In this document: piece after piece, positions 50,871-62,199 of the stretch
How the letters are laid out: the number at the start of each line of letters is the position of its first letter
Numbering within the stretch: the stretch's first letter is position 1
The notes under the pieces: generated by a model
The model's database searches: none
Seen by the model: the letters and a program-made list of their open reading frames with translations, nothing else
What the model was told of the DNA's origin: nothing
Made by a program: the position numbers and the translations under genes
NCBI GenBank assembly: GCA_976551045.1
Contig: CDPCPM010000029.1
Location: 14,136,001 to 14,200,000 of the forward strand
Source: Glaucostegus cemiculus
Taxonomy: Eukaryota
DNA: 64,000 bases
Reading direction: 5' to 3'

Positions 50871-50912
50871 ATGGCAGACTCAACTAGAAATGGCCCCCAG
50901 GGCGGTATCTTG
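50871..50912 (+). CDS. TMEM33: TMEM33 coding exon 1 (exon starts at 50859)
   Basis: TTCTCTTCCAG acceptor; GAAATGG Kozak; MADSTRNGPQGGIL (human MADTTPNGPQGAGAV); donor TTG|GTGAGT, phase 0. Confidence 0.93.
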
Positions 50913-52560
50913 GTGAGTACAACAAAATACTCTTGTTAACAGTTTCTTATACAGCTGAGTAACCAGTTTTGATTTGACTATATTTTTATCTTTCATAAAT
51001 TCTTTTGCCTCCTGTACGTGACACTTTGAAGTAAACCAAGTACCTTTTTATCCATCTAAGTTTTGTCCGCATTATCAGTGTGATCACCTGAGCATGTTCA
51101 CTAATAGTTTCCTTATTTTTTTCAATGCTATTTGATTTTATTTTAATCACTGGCTCATCATCAGGAAATGATAACAGTGGATGTGTTACTGGCTATTAAA
51201 TAGATGCCTAGACTAATCTGGAGGAACAAGTATACACCTTACCGTTGAAGTTTGAGAATCAGCTTCAGAACTTTGGTACAGGGAATATAAACCTGTTGGT
51301 TCAGCTGAAGCACAGCTGTGGTGTCTATGGTGTGTTTGCTCTGTTGAGTAAGGTGATTTTTAAACATTTTTGTTTAGTGTAGTTCTTTAGACATTTGCAG
51401 TAGTAATAAGTAATACATGTAACCTGCTAGTTAACTACAGAATCAACTGGAAGTAATTAACTGAAAACAGTGTATCAAAATATCAGTGGGCTAAGTAACC
51501 TGTGGTAATAATAATTTGTTGAGATTTAGCAGAATAATGGAAAAGATGATAGATAAAGTAAGAGTGTAGGTTATAAATTGGAATAAAACTGTTCCTTTTA
51601 TTCTTTACACAATAGATGAAAATGATGAAAATTTGCATTTTTTTTCCTTTAAGTCCTGGGGTAATTATTGCATTATATTCCAGCCAAATTACTCCTAACT
51701 GGTTTATGATTCCTTCATTCAAACTGATGATAAATAAGAGAAAGCCATTAGTCTCTGTTTTATACTCCTGAATAATAAGATGACATTTATACTCCAGGAT
51801 TAAATTCCCTATGGGATGCCTTATGCATCCTCACTCTTAAATAGTTTGGTATTACCTACTGTCAAATAAAACAACAAATTGCATTTGCTCTAGAACTTGG
51901 TTAATTTGGTTAACAATAAAACCATTGTTGAAAATGGATAATCGTGGATAACCCTCTGAGTTAACCATGAGCATGAGCATCTGCTATTGATGCATATGCT
52001 TGTACATTCAAGTACCAATCCAAATTCACAAATAAGAATTGTACATGTCTGAGATATCAAAAGTGCTTTCCGCACAAGAGTTATATAAATAAAGGCTTTA
52101 TTTGGGTTGATCTAATTGATTTGTGACAATTCAAATTATTTGCGCTCTTCCATGAATATTATTACTGTGGCTTGATATTTTGTTCATTAACATTCCTGTG
52201 ATAGTTTTGCTACATGAAAGATAATGCTTTCAAATGGTTGCTATTTGCTGACTTCATTCCTGAAAGGCTTGGCTTTAAGTTTTAGGCTCTATCTCCTAGT
52301 ACTAGACTCCATAATTAACTGCAATTGTTGAAACAGAAATATAGAAATTAATGTTTTGGAATATGTATGTATTCTAAATTTGAGGTGTTTTTCATTAATC
52401 GTGTTAGCCACTAATCTCATGCAAGAACTATTTTTGTTAGCAAATGGCTCATATATCATTCTTTATTACTGAACAAGGGTACATTTTTTACTTTTTTTGG
52501 CATATTTGTATTTGTTAATAATAGTTCATAATTCACTTACAAATCACTCTTCATTTTCAG

Positions 52561-52655
52561 CAATACATGATGGCGAACAAATTGGAGGCTGCCATGTGGC
52601 TTTCTCGGCTTTTCACAGTGTACTGTTCCATCTTGTTTATATTTCCTTTTATGGG
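52561..52655 (+). CDS. TMEM33: TMEM33 coding exon 2
   Basis: TTTTCAG| QYMMANKLEAAMWLSRLFTVYCSILFIFPFMG |GTAAGT; 95 nt. Confidence 0.96.
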
Positions 52656-54330
52656 GTAAGTGGCACTCGTTAAGTTAATAGAATTAGCATCAACAATGAA
52701 CGCAGAAATCTTATTGGTATTGAAATATGAGTTAAATACTAGTAATGCAGTGTTGATTTAGTGCAATTATTTTGAGATATTAATACATTTTGATAATTTA
52801 TATCATATATTGTTTTATACACTAAGAATGTTAGCTTAATGTTTTATGGAAGCATTTGGTGTGGGAAACCAAATGGTGACTTATAGGATAATAGAAAAGT
52901 GTAGAATTTTACGTGTTTGGTCATTTGTAGGTTATTATTTGTTAATGGAGATAGCTAAGGATATTAATAATGAAGTTAATTCAAGGCTGTAGAAACCAAT
53001 AAGTAGTTCATACTTGCAGTTTTGAGCATACACAGGTATTTGAAGGATGTCCACTCTTCATACTTTTTCAATCTTTTGATCACCTGTCCTAACATAGATG
53101 TGGCTCGGTGTCAATTTTTATTTTTGACAATGCACCTGTGAAATGCCCTGGGGATTTTATGGGGTTAACTATCAGGAAGACTGAAGTTATTGCCTTTTTC
53201 TCTGCCAACAGTATGATCAACCCTGAAATGTAAAAACTGTTTCTTTCTACTTTTGTTTTTATTTAAGAGTTGCAGGATTCATGGTACTTTGCTTTTGCAA
53301 TTATTAGTTATGATCATGTGCCACTCAGTTGAGTTGCTTCATCAAGGCAAAGTACCCTCACCTATCCCTGGTTTAGCTAACTGTTGAATTCTTCATCAAT
53401 GCTGTTGTCACTTCCATATGTGGCTATTTCAGTGCTCTCCTGACTTGTACCTTGTGCACTCCCTAATCTTGAGTTCATCCGATATTCTGCTGTGCATATC
53501 TACATTCAAGCCCCGTACACCCATCATCACTGTGGTGATTGATCTACCTTGGCCCTCAATCTGTCATGACTTAGTTTTAAAATTCACCTTTAAATCCCTT
53601 CATGGCTTTGCCCTCCAAGTCTTCAGTAGCATGCTAAGTTGCTTTTTTCCCCACAAGGTTGGCACTAGTTGCGCATTCCTAAATAGTTTTGATGATGGGG
53701 ATAAGCTTGCATCCTTGAACTGCAGAAATACGGCTTCATCCACAGTGCTGTTAGATAGGAAGTTTCAGACAATGATAAATATCCAATTCAGTAGTTGAAA
53801 ACTGAGCATTGATCACAACATGTCAATGTTATGATTATACTGCTTATGTTTTGCACTGCAAAGCATTGGGTTTCTGATTCACTCACTCATTTATAGTGAA
53901 AAAGTTAAATTTTTGCAGGATTAATGACCGGGGCCCTACACCTGAATGAAGATAACGATTTGCCATTCCTGAGTTGTAGTCAACAATTCTTGGGAGTGTG
54001 TGTGTATACACACACTCAGACACACACTCTTTTTTTTGTTAAAAATAGAATGATGGTTGTATTAAGCAGAGTCGTGCAGGACCCCATCATTAGGATCAGG
54101 CTAGCATGAAGAAATGCAGGGTATTAATGCTATCAGTGTCCATGGAACAATCCACACTTTTAATAACTGCCTGTGGCATTGTACCTATGGCAAATCATTG
54201 TTGTCTTGAACATGAATATGAGACCAAAAATCCCAAGATTTTCCTTTGCAAAGTAGTATATAATTTGTGAAGCTTGCTTAAATTGTTGGTAACTAATAGA
54301 TTTATTGAAATCTGATCCCTTATTTTACAG

Positions 54331-54518
54331 ATTATATGAGGCTGCCAATTTTTACCAACGTGCTTTGCTGGCAAATGCTCTTACCAGTGCACTTCGACTA
54401 CATCAGCGTTTACCTCACTTCCAATTCAGCCGTGCTTTTCTGAGTCAGGCCCTGCTGGAAGACAGCTGCCACTATCTCCTTTTCTCATTAATCTTTGTCA
54501 ACTCCTATCCAGTTACTA
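54331..54518 (+). CDS. TMEM33: TMEM33 coding exon 3
   Basis: TTTTACAG| LYEAANFYQRALLANALTSALRLHQRLPHFQFSRAFLSQALLEDSCHYLLFSLIFVNSYPVT; 188 nt; followed by the U12 donor GTATCCTTT. Confidence 0.97.
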
Positions 54519-56107
54519 GTATCCTTTAAATATTGGCTGCGTTAAAGTGGAGTTAAAACACTGCCATAAAAGATAAAAAATTTTAGGTGTGTTAAACTGA
54601 TATTTCTATCTGTACTCTTGTCAATGAAATTTAAGTTTAAAGTGGATGTACTTTCACATTTAAAAATGAATCTCCAAGAAGTTCATTAAGTATGCATGTG
54701 TGGAAATAAGATATTGATCATTTTAAGTTGACTATTATAAGCAGTTGGTCTTTATGCCAAGGAGCTTTTTCCACACACTAATACTTGCACCAGATGTGAT
54801 CCTGGAAACCAAATGCCTGATGGTATCTCTTTCATTTGTGCTTTTACAATACTTTGATGGGAGCATCTCAGTTTAAGAGAGTGTAGCATTTTTGTAAGTC
54901 ACGAAATCCCTGGATCAAGGAGAGAGTTTCCAGGAATATTGGTCCAGAGACTTGAATCTGAGATGTTGGTCTTGAAGAGGGAAGACTTGGACACTAGAGA
55001 TGTCTTGGGATTTGTGTGCTTTGTAAAGGGAAATTCCGGCACTGAATATGGTGTTCTGAGGAGGGGAGTACAAAGGACCTGAGAAGGAGCTGTTTGGAGG
55101 ACTAGGACTTGACAGAATTGTAGGTTGTTGAGATTTTGGTAGGATTAGGGAAGTAATGTCTAGCAGCATTGAGTGGGACAGCAGAATGGAATCCAACTAC
55201 TTTTCTGTTTGAACCATTAGATCCCAAATTTTCACGAAGCTCACATGTCCACCCATTTCTCTACTTGAGTTCACACCATAATTACTTTGTGCATCATTTG
55301 TTTATCTCTTTGCACTTTCCCAAAACATTGCTCAAAAATTTCTTCCCTCAACACCAAGTTCCTAGGCTCTTCCCTCCTCGATTTCTGGAGCAATACTCAT
55401 AGAAACTCCAAAGAATTTAATGATACATTTTTTTTCTTAAAAATCATTAGATATCATAGGCTCAGGCTTCTTTGTTCATCTAGGTGAGTTTTATTGCAGT
55501 TGAAAGTTTAGTAATAAACATCCCATTTTATATGTACTCCATTCTCTAACTAGTATTGTTTTTTCACCCATCAGCTAAAATGCTGCTTTAGGTATTTCTA
55601 TACACGTCAGTTATTAATTATATACATTTAAATAAAGACTAGATATGCCTGAATTTAAAAAAAACCCAACAGTTTAGTCTCTGGTTTCTTTTGGAACATT
55701 TTGTGAGGTTGATAGCTGTTGAGTGGTGTGGGGGAAGTCAAATTTTAATGAAATATATTTGTACTTGTTCATTTCTGTTGATGCATTAAATACACATTGG
55801 AAGATTCTGCAATCTGTGCTGTAGGTTATCCAGGCACTTGTTCATTTAATTTGTTTTGCATAGGGCAATGTGTGGAAAGTAGTTTTTCTGCAACAACTTT
55901 AGAGGTGATCTTTGGTTGTATAGTGTTTTGCAATTCTCAAAAGAGGTGAAAGAGGATTTAAAATGTCAGTGCATTTATTTTTGCAGTGGAGTTTCTGGGT
56001 ACATCATACTATCAGCAGTATCATTAATTTTAAATATGTACGTCCATTAATTTAAATTTTACTTTCTGACTGTAATGAATAATTTCTTCCTTAACTGTCT
56101 CCTTCAG
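54519..56107 (+). other. TMEM33: U12-type (minor spliceosome) GT-AG intron of TMEM33
   Basis: 5' splice site GTATCCTTT; branch point TTCCTTAAC at 56087-56095, about 12 nt before the AG; the phase-1 join A+TG restores Met. Confidence 0.93.
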
Positions 56108-56175
56108 TGAGTATTTTTCCAGTTTTTCTATTTTCTCTGTTACATGCTACAGCCTATACAAAGAAAATTTTTGAT
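56108..56175 (+). CDS. TMEM33: TMEM33 coding exon 4
   Basis: (M)SIFPVFLFSLLHATAYTKKIFD |GTAAGT; 68 nt. Confidence 0.95.
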
Positions 56176-56959
56176 GTAAGTATTGCTGTTTTAGAAGAAA
56201 CACCTTCCTTCTGCTACTCTGGTGAAAAGTATAGACATTTTGTTAATGTGAAACATGTTCCTTTTTTTATATTACAAACTTCAAAAACTGTTTCAATAGT
56301 TTGATTTTCCTTTTTCCAGAATGAGAGAGAAAGCTGACTGGGGTGTTATCCATGGCAGCATGTGATAACTTTAACACCAGTCTCTAATCTGACGGGCTTG
56401 TGTTGATCATTTTTAAGATGTAGTGGCTAAAGACAAGCTTTATTTAATCATATTACCTTGGAGTTTTAATGACTATCCTTTAGAACAAAGCTTACAGGAA
56501 AAATGTTAATTGACAAATATAGAAGAATACTATTAAATTCCAATGCTAATCACTCCTTGAGGTACATAAGGCCTCTTCCCACAAAAGTCCAGATCTTATT
56601 TTGGAACCCCACATTTGTGCAGTTGTTTCTTCTATTGTGATGTATCAAATGAATTTCTTTTTTGCTTTTGTATTTGAGGCTCAGTTAATATTATGTATAC
56701 TCTCAAATGTTTTTGTACTATACTGTTAACACTATTGGCTTCCAGAATGAAGATAGTCTATTAAAACTATAAGATCTTCAAAAAAAAATGCAAGTAGAAG
56801 ATTTGCCCAATCATTTGATTTTCTCCTTCAATGGAAAAATACTCTTCAGGTGTGAAACTGAGAATATAAAGGAGGAGGTGACTTTACATTATTTGTCATT
56901 CAGTAAGGAAGCATGATATCTTGGAAAGTTCTTCAAATGAAGCCATATAAGTAGAACTT

Positions 56960-57740
56960 GGGAACAAAAAGGGTCTGATCAGTTTGCTAGGGTGTGCTAC
57001 GAGCTTCCAATTAACGAGAGATAGAGGAGTGGGTACATAGGCAAATCACATAAGTATTCAATTAAAAAGATAATAGTAGGGGATTTCAACTTTCCTAACA
57101 ATTTGGGATTGCTTTATTGTGAAAGGATTAGAAGGCAAAACTTTTGAAGTATATCCAAAAGAGCTTTTTGAGTCAGTATGTAAATAGTTCTACTAGAGAA
57201 GAAACAGTGCTGGACCTAATCTTTCAGGATGTAGCCATGGCAGTGGGGTGAGGTTCAGTGGAAGAGTATCTGGAGATAGTGGTTGTAATACGTTTTTAAT
57301 AGTTATAAGGACAAGGATAATCCAGAAATTAAGATCCTAAATTAGGGAAGGTTCATTTCCTATCAGACGGGAGCTGGTAGAAATGAGCTAGGAGCAGCTA
57401 TTTTCTGGTAAATCTACATGAGACCAGTGGAAATTAATCAAAAACTAAATTGAGAGTTCAGGTCCAATATATTCCTATAACAGTGAAAGGTGAGGCCAGC
57501 AAGTCCAAAGAACCCCAGATGTCAAGGGATATGAGGGTTGAATAAAGGGGAAAAATAAGTAGCTTATGGCAGATTTAATGAATTGAATTTAGGAGAGGCA
57601 TTGTAATGAGCGTGTGTCTGTGTGTGTGGCAGGTATTTATTAAAAAAGGCAATTAAGACAGTGGGGGCACTAAATAGTACTGGTGGGCAAGATGGAGGAA
57701 ATTCCAGAAGCATTTTATAAGTGGGTTATGGGTAATCGAG
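56960..57740 (+). mobile_element. Decayed CR1-like LINE endonuclease region
   Basis: IIVGDFNFP (ATAATAGTAGGGGATTTCAACTTTCCT) and PTRE..VLDL-like motifs of an APE endonuclease. Confidence 0.7.
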
Positions 57741-57959
57741 GAGGATTGCTTTATTGCTAGTAGGAATCTGTTCCTTAGTTTGAGAAGTTAACTGCAACAG
57801 TTGGAAGTTTGGGAACCACATGATTTCAACATACCTTGTTTTCTACATGTTGGGATTTGAGTGCTAATTGACGACTAAATAGTTTTCAAAACCACAAGTG
57901 ACGAGCGTGTCTCCAATTGAGAATCATCTTTTTGGCTTCTGTTAATTTTTTGGGATATA

Positions 57960-58570
57960 GTTAACATTTTTTCCACCCTTAAGTGCCCTTGAAGATGATG
58001 GTAGTCCACCTTCTTGAACTGCTACAGTCCTAATGGTAAAGATATTCCAATAATGTTGGGTAGAAAGTTCAAGGATTGAGACTGAATGATGATAAAGTTT
58101 GGCAATGTACTTCTGAGTCAGGGTGGGTGTACAGTTTGAAGGAGAACTGCACATGGTAGTGTTCCTTGGCACCTTTGCCTTCTGTTGTTGATACTATGCA
58201 TCTAGGCAAGTGATGAGTATTTTATCACTCTTCTGACCTAGATAGTAGAACGATTTGGGGTGTTGCAAGGTGATTCACGTACTGCAGGGTATTTGGTCTC
58301 TGACCTCTTGTCGACATGTTGGATTGCTGCATGCAGACAGTGAATTTTCTGCTTTTCTGAAGAACTGTGAATGGAATTTGTGCAATTGTCAGTGATTGTC
58401 CTAAATTTTGACCTAATGGGAGGATGTAAGTGATCTAAGAAGCTACCTTGAAGAACTCCTGCAAGGGTGCCCTGACATCTCCCTTGGAGGGATGTACAAA
58501 TCCAACCATTTTTGTTCTTTCCCTTGATACTTACTGACTTTGGTTTTACTAGGGGTCCTTGCCTTTACTT
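57960..58570 (-). mobile_element. Decayed L2/CR1-type LINE fragment
   Basis: Reverse complement resembles the outer element and tail at 41370-41640 (GCCCTTGAAGATGATGGTAG...CTTCTTGAACTGCTACAGTCC). Confidence 0.55.
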
Positions 58571-59427
58571 GGCAAGAGATTTAAAAATCCACCATGTGAC
58601 TTAGTAATGTTGTTGTCTCACATAGTTCCAACTAATATCTGACCTAATTTTCCAGATTCCAGATGCTTGGATTAATAATATAAATCATGTGTTCTAATAC
58701 CATTGTTGCAATTTGAAAGTCTGAATTTGTATTTTTTTAAGTATACAAAGCAAGATGATGAAAGTGGCTGAAAATGTTATTGTCATTAAAAAATACAACA
58801 CATTCAATTGTATTCTTTAGGAAAGAGATTTGCCATCCTTGCCTAGTGTAATCTGTACATGACTCTAGCCTCACACCAAATGTAGTTGGCTCTTAGCACT
58901 TCAAAATAGCAATCATTGCATTTTGCCTATAGCCAATTCACAGGGTGGTTTCCTTATCAGAGTAAGTTGGGATGGACAAAAGAATATTGACGTTCTGTGA
59001 TATTTGCATCTGGGGAATGATTTTTTTAACTATTTCTTTTAATGTTATATGTGTCCCTGCAATAGGTTAAATTGCTTCATTGTGTGATTGTGTTAGTTGT
59101 ATAATTTGAGTTATGATGGAAGAGGCACGATTTGTCATCGGCTCTTCCCCATTCTCATGTTATGAGTGGACACTCGAAAATCAATGCAGTGTGCTTAATG
59201 TTCCAAATGATGTTCTGCTGAGAAGAGAAAACAAAGTGAAAGTGAAGACATTTAAAACCACAAGTAGTTTTGCTACAGTGGCCTTTTCCATAACAGAAAT
59301 CGGATATAATGCGATTGATAAATTGGGAACGCTATTTATATTACATGGGGCAAATTGGTTATGATACGAATTTGATCAAGAACAAGAGAACCACTTAAGA
59401 GTAACTTTGGAAACTGAAAATCAGAAA

Positions 59428-59560
59428 AATCAGATGCAGGGACTCAACCTGAAACATTGACTGTGCCTTGGATTCCACAGATGCTGCTCAACCCACTGAC
59501 TTCTTCCAGCAGTTTATTTTTTGCTCCAGATTCCAGCATCCACAGTCTCTTGTGTCTCTT
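59428..59560 (+). mobile_element. Penelope-type terminal repeat (second subfamily)
   Basis: CAGATGC-AGGGACTCAACCT-GAAAC-ATT-GACTG then CCACAGATGCTGCTCAACCCACTGA...CCAGCATCCACAGTCTCTTGTGTCTC. Confidence 0.7.
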
Positions 59561-60267
59561 GCTTAGAGATTTTACTATTTCCATCAAATCTTACCACAAT
59601 AAAATTTAAAAGAAAAGGGGCAAAAGTGATCATTTTAATAAATATTGAAAATTGGGTTCTGAACTGGCACACTTTGGAATTTATTTTTTGGTAGTTAATT
59701 CACAATTTAAAGGAAAAGAATAACTAATTGAAATGGTCAGGTCTTTGAGGTTATTTGATAAATGTCTGCATCCTTTGCACCAGGAATTTCTTGGTTCTGC
59801 GTAGTGCCAAGAATTATCAGGTAAAAGCCTGCTGTTTTGATAATAAACCCACGGTCAGATAGAAAATGTACCCTGATGGTTTTCATTTAGACTAAACCAG
59901 TGAAGCAACTGGAGAGCAGTTAGAAATTAATCTCATTTGAAGGTAAGCAAAAAGATCCACCAACATTGGGAAAGATGTAATTATTGAATTCAGTAAGCCT
60001 GGTTATGATTACTGTCATAAACAAAACTCCTAAGATTTACAGGCATTATCTCAAAAAAGAGCTTCAAGCTATCTGTACATCCTATTCCAGATGTAATTTT
60101 GTATGTTATACTGCTCCAAATAGCTATCCAAGAAATGTTTATATCTAGGGACTTCTGCTTTCAGCATCCTATCACATCTGTATCCTTCTCATTCTTTATG
60201 TGACATGTCTTCAACTTGTCTCATATATAATATATATCCCTTATTATCTTGAAACTCTGTTCACTTA

Positions 60268-60502
60268 TCACAAGATCACAAGATAATGGAGCAGAAGCAG
60301 GCCAGTCGGCCCATCGAGTCTGCTCCAAAGGGAAGGGAGGGTGGGGATAAAGAGGATAAGAGAGGAAAAAAAAAACCCTATTCTAAGTCCAAATCCCTGC
60401 CTTATCTCCATATCCCTTGATACCTTGACCAATTAGATATCTATCTATTTCCTTCTTGAATATCCCCAATGATCTGGCTTCCACTGCTTTCTGTGGTAAG
60501 GG
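60268..60502 (-). mobile_element. CR1-like LINE 3' end
   Basis: CACAAGATCACAAGAT tail, then GGAGCAGAAGCAGGCCAGTCGGCCCATCGAGTCTGCTCC...CCATATCCCTTGATACC. Confidence 0.8.
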
Positions 60503-61147
60503 ATTATTTATCGATCCAACAGAAATCGATACTTTTTGTTAGGTCAAAAGCAGTCCTTACTGCTTAATCTGTCTAGGCCTCTCATTTTCATTTATTTTTC
60601 AATGTAAAGTGGTGCTTAGCAAGGATCAGGTCTACGCCAAAGCAGGGAATATTAAGTTCTCCAAAAAAAAAAGTGCAGACAATAGGACAATAATCATTCT
60701 TGGGGTCTGAATGAGTTTTTAATGGAGGCCTATTTATGTATTCCCTCTAAATATCCCAGGGAAAAAGTGTTAAGAGGAACTTTGAGCTAGTTTTTCTGAC
60801 CCTACATTGGAGTTGTAGTGCTTGGCAAATGAATCAGCATTTGTTTTCTAAAGCACATTGTGGGGTGGGGGCGAGAATTGATTTGTTGCTATTATTAACC
60901 TGGTAGCAGGGTTCCAGGGCTCAAGAACTATTACAAAAATAAATTCATGCAACAGAAGTACCAAATTAGAAGACAAATAATTTTTATCTAAGTTGAATAA
61001 AACATATTTGACCTTTACTATTGAAAATATCTCTACATTGTGATTGACTGCAGAGAATACTTTAGGTTTAGGTAGAACATAGTCTAGGACTTTATGGAGA
61101 AGTTTAAAAGGGCTACAACAACTATTAACTGTTCCTTTTTCTTTCAG

Positions 61148-61281
61148 ATCCTGGGTCCAGGCAGTTTGGCTTTTTTGAGGGCCATAGTAGATAAGATTTC
61201 AGCCAATCAGCAAAATATTTTGAAGTTTATTGCTTGCAATGAAATTTTTCTGATGCCGGCCACAGTCTTTATGCTGTTAAG
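61148..61281 (+). CDS. TMEM33: TMEM33 coding exon 5
   Basis: TTTCTTTCAG| ILGPGSLAFLRAIVDKISANQQNILKFIACNEIFLMPATVFMLL(S) |GTAATA; 134 nt. Confidence 0.96.
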
Positions 61282-61329
61282 GTAATATGTCTTAACTGGG
61301 AATATATTGGTACTTTTGGCATGTCATTA

Positions 61330-61590
61330 TCAGAATCAGTTTTATTGTCACAACCATATACATACATAGTATGCATAGGAGCGAGATACCGTCCTCCTCA
61401 GGTGCTCGTCCCATTAAATAACAACCAACAGAGACACACAGACACACTTAACAGAATAAACATTAAAAAAAAAACTAAACATTAAAAACTACGGAAGTTA
61501 AAACTAAATTAATACGCAGATTAAATTAAAAATGGCTGGTAAATAAATAAATAGTTCTTAAAGTGAACGGGCTGGTGTCGGGCATTTAAA
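61330..61590 (-). mobile_element. Young non-LTR retroelement 3' end in a TMEM33 intron (same family as 5850-5952)
   Basis: TCAGAATCAGTTTTATTGTCACAACC...GGTGCTCGTCCC is identical to the reverse complement of the 5.9 kb copy; the far boundary is approximate. Confidence 0.7.
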
Positions 61591-61761
61591 GTGCTGGTGC
61601 ATTTCTGTGCACCTAGCATCTCTTAGTGTTAACAAAGGAAGATGGAGGGATGAGAGAATTTACTATTTTATTAAATAGTAGATTAAGTTTTAATTATTTG
61701 CATACATGCAAATAATAATGTGATAGCATTATAATCATTATGCATTTTTGCACTTTTATAG

Positions 61762-61845
61762 TGGCCAGGGAAGTTTGTTGCAGCCTTTCATTTACTACAG
61801 ATTTCTTGCACTCCGATACTCCTCTCACAGGAACCCCTACTGCCG
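61762..61845 (+). CDS. TMEM33: TMEM33 coding exon 6 (terminal exon lies beyond the window)
   Basis: TTTTATAG| GQGSLLQPFIYYRFLALRYSSHRNPYC(R) |GTACGT; 84 nt. Confidence 0.96.
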
Positions 61846-62199
61846 GTACGTATTTTCAGTGTCTTGTTGGTGCGTAATATTTTTCTAACTTGAAATATAT
61901 CCAGTGTTAAGTGGAATGCAGTTACAAATTCCATTTTTAGAAATGGGATTATGAACTGTCAGGAGTAATAATTATTGGTCAAGGACTTGTACAAGACATT
62001 CCTTACTGTTGGATTTAATTCCATATTTGAGGATAACAACAATCCTAGTTTCATAGAATGTATATTAGATAGTTTGTTCTGAACTGGTGCTGATATTGTT
62101 CCAAATATCTGTTGCTTTGAAGTGAATAATATTTGTTTATTTTGTAGTTGAAAGAATTTATTTTCTTCATGTTGATTCTTAACCCCTGAAGACATCATC

